From contig JBBQZX010000015.1 in the NCBI GenBank assembly GCA_038207335.1, positions 32,001 to 96,000 on the forward strand: DNA of 64,000 bases. Reading direction: 5' to 3'. This document shows positions 39,450 to 51,800 of this stretch, in pieces (position 1 is the stretch's first letter; every line of letters starts with the position of its first letter). A program made the position numbers and the translations under genes. Below the pieces are notes generated by a model. The model was not told the DNA's origin. It saw nothing but the letters and a program-made list of their open reading frames with translations, and made no database searches. The DNA is from Chthoniobacterales bacterium. GTDB lineage: Bacteria > Verrucomicrobiota > Verrucomicrobiia > Chthoniobacterales > Chthoniobacteraceae.

Positions 39450-40732
39450 AAACGCGGCGGCTGGCCGGTGCTCTCCAGCACGGCGTGCCACAGCTCGCTT
39501 TTCGGGTCCACTTTTCTCCGGCCCGTCGTCGCCAGCGCGATCGGCAAATGCACGAACGCTCCGTGCCAGCGGCCGACTAGCAGCCCCGTCTTCCCCGCCA
39601 TCGCGGCGTGCACCGCGTGCTGCGCGAGCTGCGAGCAATACACGTTGTCCTGCGGATTCGCTGGCACGCTGCGGATGATGTAGCTCGGGTCGATGTAGCG
39701 CAGACTGATCGGGATGCGGCGCTCGCTGAAAAACGCGCCGATGCGCTCTTTCAAGAATGCACCGATGTCGCCCAGCTTCTTGTTTCCGCTCGCGTCGAAT
39801 GCGTCCGGTCCAGCGGGAATCAAGTCCTGGCCAGCGCCTTCGGCCACCACGATCACGGCGCGTTTGTTTTTCGCGAGCCGGTATCGGAGCGCCTCGAGGA
39901 GCCCGCGCTGGCCGTCGAGTTCGAAATGCACCTCGGGGATCAGCACGAAATCGACGTTGCTGCCGGCGAGCGCGGCGTAGCTGGCGATGAAGCCGGAGTC
40001 GCGGCCCATCAGCTTCAGCAGCCCGATGCCATTCATCGCGCCAGTCGCCTCGACGTACGCGCATTTCACTGCCTGCACCGCATTGGCGAACGCCGTCTCG
40101 AAGCCGAAACTTTTGTCGAGATACATGATGTCGTTGTCGATCGTCTTCGGAATCCCGACGACCGCCTTTTTCAACCCCCGCCGCTCAATCTCCTCCGCGA
40201 TCGCCGCCGCACCCCGCAGCGTGCCGTCACCGCCGACCACGAAAAACATGTCGATGTTCATCTCCTCTAGCACATCGACCATTTCCCCCACATCCTGCGG
40301 GCCGCGCGATGTGCCGAGGATGCTGCCGCCGAAATTGTGAACCTGCGAGATCGACTCTGGGCGGATGAGCGCGGGCGTGTGGCCGTAGCGCTGGATGAGC
40401 CCCTCGTAGCCATATTTGAAACCGAACACGCGCGTGACGCCATAGCGGTTGTAGCACTGCGTCACGATGCCGCGGATAATGTCGTTCAGCCCGGGGCAGA
40501 GTCCGCCGCACGTCACGATCGCGGCTGTCGCTTTCGGCGGATCAAAGAACGTCTTCTCCCGAGGCCCGGCGACCTCGAAGCTCAGTGGCTCCTCCATGTT
40601 GCGCTCCGCCCCTTCGGCGTGATCGAAAAGGATGCGGTCGTCGTCGTTTCTAAACGGTACCTCTGCCGCTCCCAGATGGCGGAGCGGTGAATCGAAGCGG
40701 CATTCGCCGAGTGACTTGATCAAGGTGTCCAT
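39443..40732 (-). CDS. pfkA: ATP-dependent 6-phosphofructokinase (group X type)
   Basis: [38 protein letters not shown]. Confidence 0.93.
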   Translation of the reverse strand: MDTLIKSLGECRFDSPLRHLGAAEVPFRNDDDRILFDHAEGAERNMEEPLSFEVAGPREKTFFDPPKATAAIVTCGGLCPGLNDIIRGIVTQCYNRYGVTRVFGFKYGYEGLIQRYGHTPALIRPESISQVHNFGGSILGTSRGPQDVGEMVDVLEEMNIDMFFVVGGDGTLRGAAAIAEEIERRGLKKAVVGIPKTIDNDIMYLDKSFGFETAFANAVQAVKCAYVEATGAMNGIGLLKLMGRDSGFIASYAALAGSNVDFVLIPEVHFELDGQRGLLEALRYRLAKNKRAVIVVAEGAGQDLIPAGPDAFDASGNKKLGDIGAFLKERIGAFFSERRIPISLRYIDPSYIIRSVPANPQDNVYCSQLAQHAVHAAMAGKTGLLVGRWHGAFVHLPIALATTGRRKVDPKSELWHAVLESTGQPPRLC

Positions 40733-40902
40733 GCGCGCGCATTGACTGGCTTTCCGCCGCCCATCGGGCAAGACGAAAAGCGCGCGGATCAGCTTTGGCA
40801 GAAGATCGGAGGATCGTGGCTTGCCAGCGAGGCATCCAAATTTCATCCTCTGGACGAACCATAAACCAACTCTGCACTCGCGGAAAATCACCTCATAAAA
40901 TC

Positions 40903-41529
40903 ATGGCCTACGAACTCCCACCGCTCCCCTACTCCAACGACGCCCTCGAACCTTCGATCGACGCGCGCACGATGGAAATCCACCACGACAAACATCACGC
41001 CGCTTACGTGACTAATCTCAACAAAGCCCTCGAATCCGCGCCGGAGCTCGCGAGCAAGCCGGTCGAGGAACTCGTCGCAGATCTCAGCGCCGTGCCCGAT
41101 GCGATCCGCACCGCAGTTCGCAACAACGGCGGCGGTCACGTGAACCACAGCTTTTTCTGGAAGCTCCTGAAAGCCGGTGGTGGCCAACCGGGCGGCGATC
41201 TCGGCAAGGCGATCGCGGAAACGTTCGGAGATTTCGAGCAGTTCAAAACGAAGTTTGAAGCCGCGGGTGCCGGTCGTTTTGGCAGCGGCTGGGCGTGGCT
41301 CGTCGTGAATGGCGGCAAGCTCGAAATCGGCTCCACGGCAAATCAGGACAGCCCGCTCATGGGAAAAGCAGTCGCCGGAATCGAAGGCAAGCCGGTGCTC
41401 GGCCTCGATGTCTGGGAGCACGCCTACTACCTGAATTACCAAAACCGACGCCCCGATTACATGAAGGCGTGGTGGAGCGTTGTGCACTGGGACCAAGCCG
41501 AGGCAAACTATCAAGCCGCGTTGAAGTAA
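40903..41529 (+). CDS. sodA: Superoxide dismutase, probably Mn
   Basis: [25 protein letters not shown]. Confidence 0.95.
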   Translation: MAYELPPLPYSNDALEPSIDARTMEIHHDKHHAAYVTNLNKALESAPELASKPVEELVADLSAVPDAIRTAVRNNGGGHVNHSFFWKLLKAGGGQPGGDLGKAIAETFGDFEQFKTKFEAAGAGRFGSGWAWLVVNGGKLEIGSTANQDSPLMGKAVAGIEGKPVLGLDVWEHAYYLNYQNRRPDYMKAWWSVVHWDQAEANYQAALK

Positions 41530-41554
41530 CCGCCGCTTTCGCCTCTCATTTCAA

Positions 41555-41589
41555 GCCCGGTGCCGCACAAGCGGCACCGGGCGTATTTT
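41555..41589 (+). terminator. Hairpin terminator between sodA and the convergent gene
   Basis: GCCCGGTGCCGC-ACAA-GCGGCACCGGGC then GTATTTT. Confidence 0.75.
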
Positions 41590-41602
41590 GTACGGACAAC
41601 GG

Positions 41603-42460
41603 TCACCGCACGAGGTCGCACTTTGCCACCCGCACGACTTCATCCAACCCTTCACACACACCGCGGATTTCCACGGTCTGACCCTTTTGGAGGCGAGCCG
41701 CGCCGCTGTCGTTTCCTTTAGGAGAAATCACAATCGTCGAGGCGCCGAACTGCTGCTCGTCGCGAAAGCGAAAATCGCTAGCCGAGAACTCGCACTGAAC
41801 CCAGCCGCCCGCACCGCCCGTAAGATAGACAAGTTGCACTTTCGGATTTTTTGCATCCTCTCGTGAGCCGCCGAAAACTCCACGCACGACGATCCTCTGT
41901 CCTTTGTAGATCTTGTCCGCCCGCGCGCGATCCGCGCCGTAATCGACGAGCAGCGTGTCCGCCGTCACCACCGCACCGGCTTCCGCGCGGCTGACTGGCA
42001 CGTATCCGTTTTGCAACCGCTCGATCGCCTTTCGCACCGCGAGCGCGTCGTCGAGTTTCCCCGCGATTGTGAGCGATTTCTTCACCTCCACCAGCCGCGG
42101 AACGCTCTCCGAAACAAGCTGTGCAGTGAGTTCCTTGATCTTCTCGATACTCGCCGACTGCGCCGCCCGCAATGATTTCGGCTCGTTCACGAGATTCGTC
42201 TCCGTCAGCGTTTGCTCCTTCCTCACGCGCTCTTTTTCCGCGCGCACCGCGAGCGCATTGTCGAGATCGGCGGCCTTTTGAAAACCAACCTGCAACTCCT
42301 GCAATGCATCCTCGTATTTCCCAAGCACATCGCGCTGCACGTTCGCGATTTTGTCCTCACACTTCTGTGCTTCCGCTTCACCCACAAGTGCGGCGTTTTG
42401 CGAAAAAGCGAACGCTGGCAGTAATAGCAGCGCGAGCGCGATCAGACGAGCGGCGATCAT
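41603..42460 (-). CDS. Exported protein, coiled-coil N-terminus plus putative OB-fold (tRNA_anti-like) C-terminus
   Basis: Signal peptide; TADTLLVDY..RADKIYKGQRIVVRG...LQKGQTVEIRGVCEG. Confidence 0.7.
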   Translation of the reverse strand: MIAARLIALALLLLPAFAFSQNAALVGEAEAQKCEDKIANVQRDVLGKYEDALQELQVGFQKAADLDNALAVRAEKERVRKEQTLTETNLVNEPKSLRAAQSASIEKIKELTAQLVSESVPRLVEVKKSLTIAGKLDDALAVRKAIERLQNGYVPVSRAEAGAVVTADTLLVDYGADRARADKIYKGQRIVVRGVFGGSREDAKNPKVQLVYLTGGAGGWVQCEFSASDFRFRDEQQFGASTIVISPKGNDSGAARLQKGQTVEIRGVCEGLDEVVRVAKCDLVR

Positions 42461-42771
42461 TTCAGACCTAGTGCCTTTTCGCGAAATCCCGCCATGTATC
42501 CCGCCACGAAACCGCGCTCCCATTTCGGATCGCGATTCGGGTCTTTTGCGCCCTCCTCATGCGCCATCGGCTCCACGGATTCAGGTGCCGGCGGTTGGTC
42601 GCGCGGCTTCGCCTCTTTCTGACCCATCGCGTATCCAGCCAGATACCCATCTTCGTACGGCACCACCTCCACGGGTTTGACATGCACGACCGGCACGGGC
42701 GGCTCTGGCTTTTTGCAAGCGCTGCCGAGCGCCAAAATCAATAGACAAAAAGCGAAAGGGAGAAATTTCAT
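42457..42771 (-). CDS. Small putative lipoprotein
   Basis: Lipobox-like LGSAC; YEDGYLAGY/GFVAGYMAGF motifs; 4-bp overlaps with both neighbours. Confidence 0.65.
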   Translation of the reverse strand: MKFLPFAFCLLILALGSACKKPEPPVPVVHVKPVEVVPYEDGYLAGYAMGQKEAKPRDQPPAPESVEPMAHEEGAKDPNRDPKWERGFVAGYMAGFREKALGLK

Positions 42772-43325
42772 GGGGCGATCGGCTGAGGGGAATCCACACA
42801 AGACCATTCACGCTTCGCGGGGTCGTATTTCAAGGGAACTTCCCAGGCCGCCTTCCTTGTCGCCCCGCTGTTGTCGGTCAAGGCCGCTCGCAAAATGGCG
42901 ACACCGCGATCGGCCTTCGAGAGCTGAACCTCCTTCTTTCGAAACGGCTCGAATACGACCAGTGCACCTTTGGGAACGGCCTGTGTCCGCACGGCGTCGC
43001 GTGCCCGCCAGTACGCTGCCTCCCGCGTGTATTTGTGCTGATAAATCTCGCGCCAGCCGTCGAATGTAATCGGCCCGAAAACGTAGAGCAGAAGCCCAAG
43101 AAGAAGCGCGATCGAGAGACCGAGCGCTGGCATTTTCCACCGCTCTTTTTCCGCACGCCGGACGACGAGTTGCGTCACCGGCTGCCATTGCTCGAGCCCT
43201 TCACGCCAGTAAAGCACGTCCTCGTTGATCAGCCCGGAATTGAGCAAATGATCAATGTGCCGAATCGTGTAAGGCCCGCGCTGCGAGCCCTCCAGATGAA
43301 GGTAAAAGACCTCGGGGGAATTCAT
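42768..43325 (-). CDS. GYF_2 (DUF4339) domain membrane protein
   Basis: FYLHLEGSQRGPY..LYWREGLEQWQP followed by a TM helix. Confidence 0.8.
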   Translation of the reverse strand: MNSPEVFYLHLEGSQRGPYTIRHIDHLLNSGLINEDVLYWREGLEQWQPVTQLVVRRAEKERWKMPALGLSIALLLGLLLYVFGPITFDGWREIYQHKYTREAAYWRARDAVRTQAVPKGALVVFEPFRKKEVQLSKADRGVAILRAALTDNSGATRKAAWEVPLKYDPAKREWSCVDSPQPIAP

Positions 43326-43499
43326 CGTGCGGTGCCGTTGATCAGTAGAGCGTCCAAGCCCGCGAATGCAAGCCGCCCACGAGCCGCGGAATGAATTCCC
43401 CAAACGTCTCAACGATCGAACGTTTCACAATTTTGCACTCCACCCACATCTTCCTCTGCTGCGTCCTCACGCCTCAGTGGGGTCAAATGTTCGCTACGC

Positions 43500-43536
43500 A
43501 AAAAACGAACAAGGGCGCTCGAAACCGAGCGCCCTC
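43500..43536 (-). terminator. Rho-independent terminator directly after rplK
   Basis: Minus strand AGGGCGCTCG-GTTT-CGAGCGCCCT then TGTTCGTTTTTT. Confidence 0.8.
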
Positions 43537-43565
43537 GCAAAATTGTCGTTGTTGGGTCGGGCCGA

Positions 43566-43991
43566 TTAAGCTTCGACTTCGACGCCCATTTGGCGCGCCG
43601 TGCCCGCGATGATCTTCGCCGCGGCTTCTTCAGTGCGCGCATTGAGGTCCTTCATCTTTATCTTCACGATGTCGGAGACTTGCTTCTTGGTCAGCTTACC
43701 GACCTTCACCTTGTTCGGCTCCTTAGAGCCGGCGGCGATTCCGATCGCTTTCTTGATCAAGATCGCAGCAGGCGGCGACTTGGTGATGAAGGTGAAGGAC
43801 TTGTCTTTGTAAACCGTGATGACGACCGGAAGGATGTCACCCGCCTGCTTCTGCGTGGTGGCGTTGAACTCCTTACAGAAGGCCATGATGTTGACACCCT
43901 GCTGACCCAGCGCGGGACCGACAGGAGGTGCAGGATTCGCCTGTCCGGCGGGAATCTGGAGTTTGATTTGTGCGACGACTTCTTTGGCCAT
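43566..43991 (-). CDS. rplK: 50S ribosomal protein L11
   Basis: [26 protein letters not shown]. Confidence 0.98.
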   Translation of the reverse strand: MAKEVVAQIKLQIPAGQANPAPPVGPALGQQGVNIMAFCKEFNATTQKQAGDILPVVITVYKDKSFTFITKSPPAAILIKKAIGIAAGSKEPNKVKVGKLTKKQVSDIVKIKMKDLNARTEEAAAKIIAGTARQMGVEVEA

Positions 43992-44064
43992 TTTCGGGGA
44001 AGTTGAGAGTTAGGTGTTGAGAGTTGAGTGAGACGTTGGTCCTGAGAGCGCTAAAGCTAAGGGC

Positions 44065-44631
44065 CTAAGCGCGTTCGACTTGCCAGTATTCGAGATCGAC
44101 GAGGGTGTTGCGGCCGAAGATGCTGACGGAAACGCGCAGCTTGCCGCGCTCCGGATCGATTTCCTCGACCACGCCGCTTTGATTTTGGAAAGGCCCGTCC
44201 GCGACTTTAACCATCTCGCCGACTCCGAAGGTGATCTTCGGCTTGACCTTCTCCTCGCCGCCGCGGACCTGTAGGAGCAGCCCATCGACCTCGTGCTTCT
44301 GCATCGCGATTGGGCGATCTTTTGTACCGGCAAAGCCAATGACGCCATTGGTCTCGCGGATGAAATACCATGTCTTGCCGACGAGTTGCTTGTTCTCGTC
44401 GATGAGGAACATGTTCACGATCAGGTATCCCGGGAAAAACTTGCGGGTCGTCTCGGTCTTTTTGCCGCGCTTGATCTCGGAGACGCGCTCGGTCGGAAGG
44501 ACGATGTCATAGACGTAGTCACCCATTTCCTCGGTCTTGATGCGCTTGACCAAGTTGTCATGCACCTTCTGTTCCATGCCGGAAAGGCAATGGACGACAT
44601 ACCACTGACTGCGTTTCTCTTCTTCGGTCAT
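44065..44631 (-). CDS. nusG: Transcription termination/antitermination factor NusG
   Basis: WYVVH, FFPGY, KOW motif GEMVKVADGPF, VSIFGR. Confidence 0.97.
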   Translation of the reverse strand: MTEEEKRSQWYVVHCLSGMEQKVHDNLVKRIKTEEMGDYVYDIVLPTERVSEIKRGKKTETTRKFFPGYLIVNMFLIDENKQLVGKTWYFIRETNGVIGFAGTKDRPIAMQKHEVDGLLLQVRGGEEKVKPKITFGVGEMVKVADGPFQNQSGVVEEIDPERGKLRVSVSIFGRNTLVDLEYWQVERA

Positions 44632-44640
44632 GGGAAAATG

Positions 44641-44853
44641 TTACTTCGTGATCGCGCCGACGATGTTCACCATGACGAAGTCCCAGAAAGCGACGTAGCC
44701 GCTGAGGAGGAGCATCGCGATGACGACGATGAGGGTCGAGTCGATCAGCTCTTTATACTTCTTCATCCCCTTCTCTTTCGGCTCCCACGGCCATGAGGCT
44801 TTCTGCAACTCGACTTTGACTTCGCCGATGAAATTTTTCGTATTGCCGAGCAT
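44641..44853 (-). CDS. secE: Preprotein translocase subunit SecE
   Basis: EVKVELQKASWP plus one TM helix; lies between tRNA-Trp and nusG. Confidence 0.92.
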   Translation of the reverse strand: MLGNTKNFIGEVKVELQKASWPWEPKEKGMKKYKELIDSTLIVVIAMLLLSGYVAFWDFVMVNIVGAITK

Positions 44854-44898
44854 TGAGAGGTGGGAAAAGGAAGGTGGACAGAACTGAATGGAGAAGAG

Positions 44899-44971
44899 CA
44901 CGCCAGGAGGGACTTGAACCCCCAACAAGCGGTTTTGGAGACCGCTGCTCTACCAATTGAGCTACTGACGC
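44899..44971 (-). tRNA. tRNA-Trp(CCA)
   Basis: Anticodon arm GCGGT-CTCCAAA-ACCGC; T loop TTCAAGT. Confidence 0.96.
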
Positions 44972-45039
44972 AGCTGAAAAAGCTTTTGGAAAAATGAAGC
45001 GAGGCGGGCTTTCGTCAAGCCCGCCCCGCCTCGAATCAT

Positions 45040-46248
<1,209 letters not shown>

Positions 46249-46352
46249 AAGTCAGTGGGTTGGTTTGGTTTGTGTTGTTTCTGGTTAAAATTTTGCGCTC
46301 TCCGAGAAGAGCGTTTTTTCACTGCCTGCCGCCCGCGTCGCCGCTGGGGCAG

Positions 46353-46425
46353 AGCCTGCGACCGGGTTTGAACCGGTGACCTCATCCTTACCAAGGATGT
46401 GCTCTACCAACTGAGCTACGCAGGC
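46353..46425 (-). tRNA. tRNA-Thr(GGT)
   Basis: GCCTGCG/CGCAGGC acceptor stem; anticodon arm CATCC-TTGGTAA-GGATG. Confidence 0.97.
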
Positions 46426-46597
46426 TTTCTCCGGCGATTCCGCTTCTGGAAAATCGTCGCCGGGACGACGACATTTCAGCAGCAGCTTCACCGATCGCTC
46501 CACTGTCTCCAGAGGGCGAAAAAGCCTGACTCACCGCGAGTTGCCCCGCGAGCGGTCAGGCGTTTTCACTTCTCCATTTTCAGAAAAGCGAGCGGGC

Positions 46598-46625
46598 AAA
46601 CTACCAAGCCACCCGTGCGTGTCAA
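46598..46625 (-). promoter_or_regulatory. Sigma70-type promoter for the tRNA-Thr-tuf operon
   Basis: TTGACA-16 nt-TAGTTT with extended -10 TG. Confidence 0.65.
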
Positions 46626-46632
46626 AAAGAAT

Positions 46633-47448
46633 TTACGCGGGTGCTTGGGAAGCATTCGCCGCCGGCTCGAACATCTCCGCGACGCGCTCGATCTTCAGCG
46701 CGCGACCTGTCGCCTCGTCGATGTCGATGATCGCGCCGCACAGCTTCACCGGTCCGCGCGCGACGGGATACATAATGGGCCGCCCGGTCAGGAATTTCTG
46801 GATGATCGGATCGATCTCGCGCCCGAGGCAGCTCTCGACCGGGCCGCACATTCCCGCGTCGCAGAGGAACGCTGTGCCGCGCGGAAATATCTGCTCGTCC
46901 GCCGTCTGCGTGTGCGTGTGCGTGCCGACGACCGCCGACACGCGGCCATCGAGAAAGCGCCCGATCGCGATTTTCTCGCTCGTCGTCTCAGCGTGCGCAT
47001 CGACGAAAATCACCGCCGTTTCCTCACTCAGACGCGCGACCTCCGCATCGATCGCGAGGAACGGGTTCTCCAGCGGCGGCTGCATGAACGTGCGGCCTTG
47101 CACGTTGATCACGGCGACTTTTCCCTTCGGCGTATCGAGCACGATCGAGCCCGCACCGGGCGTTCCGGGCGGATAATTCAGCGGTCGGAGCAGCCGCGGC
47201 TCAGTGCCGATGAATGGCACAATCTCGCGCTGATCCCAAATATGATCGCCGGTCGTGACAACCGCAACGCCAGCGCGCAGCAGATCGATCGTGATCTTCG
47301 GCGTGATGCCGCGCCCCGCCGCCGAGTTCTCCCCATTCACGATCACGAAGTCGATTTCTCGCTCCGCCTTCATTTTCGGCACGCTCTCGATGACCGCCTT
47401 GCGGCCCGGTTCGCCGATCACATCGCCGAGAAAAAGAATGCGCAACAT
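46633..47448 (-). CDS. ymdB: YmdB-family metallophosphoesterase
   Basis: LFLGDVIGEPGR, NGEN, GDHIWD, DAHAETTSEK, GTHTH. Confidence 0.93.
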   Translation of the reverse strand: MLRILFLGDVIGEPGRKAVIESVPKMKAEREIDFVIVNGENSAAGRGITPKITIDLLRAGVAVVTTGDHIWDQREIVPFIGTEPRLLRPLNYPPGTPGAGSIVLDTPKGKVAVINVQGRTFMQPPLENPFLAIDAEVARLSEETAVIFVDAHAETTSEKIAIGRFLDGRVSAVVGTHTHTQTADEQIFPRGTAFLCDAGMCGPVESCLGREIDPIIQKFLTGRPIMYPVARGPVKLCGAIIDIDEATGRALKIERVAEMFEPAANASQAPA

Positions 47449-47557
47449 CGCGGCAACATGGATCAGCCGCCGCGCGCAACGCACGCAGAATGTCTGCGCC
47501 GCAGCGCGTGCGATCCGCGTTCCTTCCGCGGTCGTTTTGGTTAAAGTTCACGCCTTC

Positions 47558-48814
47558 ATGCTCACCCACCGACTCCGATGGCTGCTCATTTTCCTGCTCA
47601 CCGCGAGCGCCCACGCGCAGCGCCTGAGCGCGCTCGCGCCGGTGCCGGACTGGGGTGAACTGGAGCGCTTTCAGGAGACAATCACGCACGACGAATTCGT
47701 GCATCTTCTCGGCGAAATCTACGCGCCGCACGATGCCGCGCGCGGGCTCATCGAGATTGCCGACGATGCCGCGACGATCCGCAAAACGCTCGAACCGGTG
47801 GCGACGTGGACGCTGCATTTTGCGAAAGCTCACGCCACGGGAAAACCTGCGCCGCACGAGTGGCGAGCGATCTCGAAACTGCCGCCGGGCGGAGAGAACA
47901 CGCCGCTCGCGGGGTCGAAAATCGCGCTCGATCCGGGGCATCTCGGTGGTGAGTGGGCGCACATGGAGGAGCGCTGGTACAAGATCGGCGAGTCGCTGCC
48001 TGTCACCGAGGGGGACATGACGCTGCTCGTCGCGAAGCTCCTCGCGCCGCGTCTCCGCGCGCTTGGGGCGGAGGTCGTCCTCGTGCGCGATGCGGCGGGG
48101 CCGACGAGCAGTTCGCGTCCCGATGATTTTCGTGAAGCCGCGCGCGCACAACTCGCGTTGCGAGGCGTCGAAGCGCCGCGCGAAAATTACTCGGGCGACG
48201 ACGATCCGAAGCGCGGGGACACGATCCAGTTCGAGAGCGAAATCCTCTTTTACCGGACGCATGAAATCCGGCATCGGGCGGAACTCGTGAATCGCGAATT
48301 GAAGCCTGATCTCACCGTCTGTCTGCACTTCAATGCGGAGGCGTGGGGCGATCCGAATCATCCCGGCTTCGTGCCACGAAATCATCTGCACACCATAGTC
48401 AACGGCTGCTACTCCGCCGAAGAATTGGGCAACGACGACGTGCGTTTCGACATGCTCGTGAAGCTGCTGAGCCGCACATTTTCCGAGGAACTTCCTGCTT
48501 CCGAATCCGTCGCGAAGGCGCTCGCGAAGGCGACCGGTTTGCCGCCGTACGTGTATCCGCGCGACAACGCAATCCGAGTCGGCGCGAGCACGTACGTGTG
48601 GGCGCGAAATCTCCTCGCGAACCGGCTCTACCGCACGCCCGTCATCTTCCTCGAGCCGTACGTCATGAACAGCCAGGAGGTCTGGGAGCGCGTGCAAGCG
48701 GGCGACTACGACGGCGAGAAAATCGTCACCGGAGCGATGCGCAAGAGCATCTACCGCGAATACGCGGATGCTGTGGCAGCGGGCCTCGCCGAGTATGCGC
48801 GCGCCGCTCGGTAG
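47558..48814 (+). CDS. N-acetylmuramoyl-L-alanine amidase-like (Amidase_3) exported protein
   Basis: Signal peptide; IALDPGH, TEGD, CLHFNA, FLEP. Confidence 0.78.
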   Translation: MLTHRLRWLLIFLLTASAHAQRLSALAPVPDWGELERFQETITHDEFVHLLGEIYAPHDAARGLIEIADDAATIRKTLEPVATWTLHFAKAHATGKPAPHEWRAISKLPPGGENTPLAGSKIALDPGHLGGEWAHMEERWYKIGESLPVTEGDMTLLVAKLLAPRLRALGAEVVLVRDAAGPTSSSRPDDFREAARAQLALRGVEAPRENYSGDDDPKRGDTIQFESEILFYRTHEIRHRAELVNRELKPDLTVCLHFNAEAWGDPNHPGFVPRNHLHTIVNGCYSAEELGNDDVRFDMLVKLLSRTFSEELPASESVAKALAKATGLPPYVYPRDNAIRVGASTYVWARNLLANRLYRTPVIFLEPYVMNSQEVWERVQAGDYDGEKIVTGAMRKSIYREYADAVAAGLAEYARAAR

Positions 48815-48827
48815 CCACCCACGCGCG

Positions 48828-51800
48828 TCATTTCACGGTTGGCAGCGGCGCTTGCTGCTTGCTCATCAGGTAGCTAAAGAGGTCGCGTGTTTGCTCAGGC
48901 GTGAATGCACCGAGCACGCCTTCGGGCATCATGGATTGAGGGCTCTCGGTGAGGTTCGCGATGTCGGCGCGCTCGACCGGCAGCGTCTCGGCAAGCGTGC
49001 GCAGCGTTAGCACGCGCTCGCTCTTTCCGGCGATCATGCCGGTGAGGATGCGCCCATCTTTCAGCGTGAGCGTCGTGAGCCGGAAATCTGCGGGCACGAT
49101 CGCGCTCGGATCGACGATGTTTTCGAGGAGGTAGTCGAGGTTGTCGCGGCCCGAGCCCGTGAGGTCGGGGCCGATCTTCCCGCCTTCGCCGTAGAGCGTG
49201 TGGCAGGCGCCGCAGACGGTGTTGAATGCCGCGCGGCCCTTGGAAACATCGGCCTTCGCGAGCGATTGCGGCGTGAGCTGCATCTTGAGTTTTGCGATGA
49301 GTTCGCGCTTGTCGGCGGCGCTCTCGCGCATCTCGCCCCAGACCTCGGTGAGGCGCGCAGCGAGGACGGCGTCGTTGAAGCTGCGAATCTGGCGCGCGTC
49401 GAATGCGCCGATGTCGGAGCGCGGGATGGCGCCGCTGGCGACGCCGTCGAGCAGCGCCCGCACCCATGCGGGACGCGTGACGAGCGCGGCGATTACGGCA
49501 GGGCGCTCGTTCGCGGAGAATTTTGCGTAGCGTTTTACGAGGCTCGCGCCGAGCGCGGGATCGTCGAAAAGCGCGAGGCCGCGGACGGCTGTGATGTTCA
49601 GGCCGTGCGTGTCGAGCAGGCTCTCACAGACGGCGCGTAGATCATCGGGGCGGCTATCGATGAGCGTGCGGAGCGCGGCTTCGCGCGCGGCCACGTCGGC
49701 GGCGCTGTCGAGCGCGACGTGCTTGATTTGATCGAGCGCGCGGCCGTCGCCAAAGAGCGCGCTGAGATCGCGCGCGCGGTCGGCGAGAGCGGGATCGAGC
49801 TTCGCCTGCAAAGCCTCCCAAGAGCTTGGTTTCGCGGCCTTTCGCCAGCCGGCAAATGCGTCGCTGAGGCCGGTGAGGATGTCGCTTTGAAACGCGCCGG
49901 ATCTGGTCGCGGCGAGCGTGAGGAGATCGTCGAGCGGCGCGGGATTTTTCTCACTGCCGGCGGCGATTCGGCGCGCGATGCAGCGGCGCGTGATCGGCCA
50001 TTCGCACACCATCGCGAGCGGCGGGAGCGCGGAAAGATCGGCGGCGGCGAGCGGCGTGAGGCCGTACCAGACGAGCAGCGGGAGATTGTGATCGGTCGCG
50101 TCTTCGGCGTGGGAAAAGAGCGCGGTCGCGAGAGCCGGACGCGCTTTCACGGGCAGGCGCTGGAGCGTGGAGGCGAGTGCGAGGCGGACGAGGCCGGATG
50201 GGTCTTCATGAGCGAGGCGCAAGAATTCCGCGAGCAGCGACGCATCCGGCGCGGCCTCGGCACGGGCGGGACGTTTTCCGGTCGCGGTGTCGAGCGGCCA
50301 GTCGTCGGTGAGCAGTCGGATGGCCCAGACGCGCACGCTTTCATCAGGCTGCGCGAGTTGCTCACGGAGCCACGCGGGCGTCGAGCCACCGGTGCTCGCG
50401 AGCGCCCACATTGCGCGCAATTTCACCACCGGATCCGTCGCGTCCCGATACATCGAGAGCAGCGCCGGATGAGCCTGTGCGCTTGATTCGCCGCCCTCCT
50501 GCAGTGCGAGCAACTCGCGCCGGACGGGCCAGATATTTTCCGCGCGCAGGTCATCGAGCGCAGCCGGATGCGCGCTCGAATCGACAAGTGGCGTGCCTGG
50601 ACCCGAGTGCGCGATTTTATAAATCCGCCCGCTCGTGCGATGCACTCCGGTGCTATCGTGGCACTCGCCGGTGTCGCTCCAGTCGAGCGCGAAGACGCTG
50701 CCATCCGGTCCGCTTTGCAGCTCGATCCCGCGGAACCACGGATCGCCCCACAGCGCGAAATCCGGCTCGTGTTTTGCGACGAATCCGCTGCCGATGCGTT
50801 CGAGCCGCTCGGTGTTCATGCGGCGACCGTGGAGGTTCAGCGTGAAGAGCTTCCCGGCGTATTCCGCGGGCCAGCTCCCGCCTTGGTAAATGAGCGCGCC
50901 CTCGTGCGAGTGGCCACCGCCAAAGTCGTTCGCCGCGCCGTTGCGCGAGGCGGTCCAGCTTTTCCCCGTGTCGAAATGGTAGTGATCGGCGTGCGTGTCG
51001 ATGAGCGCGTAGCTGTGCGGATTCGGGTCGGTCGTGTGCGGTCGGACGAAGTGCGCGCCGGCGAATGCGTGCCACAAAAATCCGTTCACCGTATTCACGA
51101 AAAACAGCTCGCCTCGCGCGTCCCAATCCTGCCCCCAGGGGTTCGTCGTGCCATGCGTCAGCGCTTCGAAAATTTTGTGCTCCGGGTGATAGCGCCACAT
51201 GCCGCCGCGCAGTGGGACGCGCGCTTCGGCAAGGGTGCCGGGCACGCCGATTTCGCCGGGACAGGACGCGCCGCAGCGCCCGTAGAGCCAGCCGTCCGGG
51301 CCCCATTTCAGGCCATTAGCAAAGTTGTGGTAGTTGTCTTTCGCGACCGTGAATCCATCGAGCACGACCTGCGGCGCTGAGTCGGGGACATCGTCGCCAT
51401 CGGCATCCGGCACGAAGAGAAGCTGCGGCGGACACATGAGCCAGACGCCGCCGCGGCCCACCGCCACACTCGTGAGCACCTGCACTTCGTCGGTGAAAAC
51501 TTTTCGCGACTCGGCGATGCCATCGCCATCCTTGTCCTCGAAGACGAGCACTCGGTCCCGCAGTGCGAGGTCGAAACGGACGCCTTTTTCCGCGTAGGTA
51601 AAATTCTCCGCGACCCACATCCGCCCGCGTCCATCGAATGCCATCGCGATGGGATTTTCCACCTCCGGCTCATGGGCAAAAATCGTGGCTGCGAAGCCTG
51701 GCTGCAGCTTCAGCGAAGCGAGCGCGTCTGCGGGTGCAGGCGGCGAGACGTTGCCAGGCTCGGAGTTGTAGGGCTGCGGAAAATCGGCGGCGAGCGCGGA

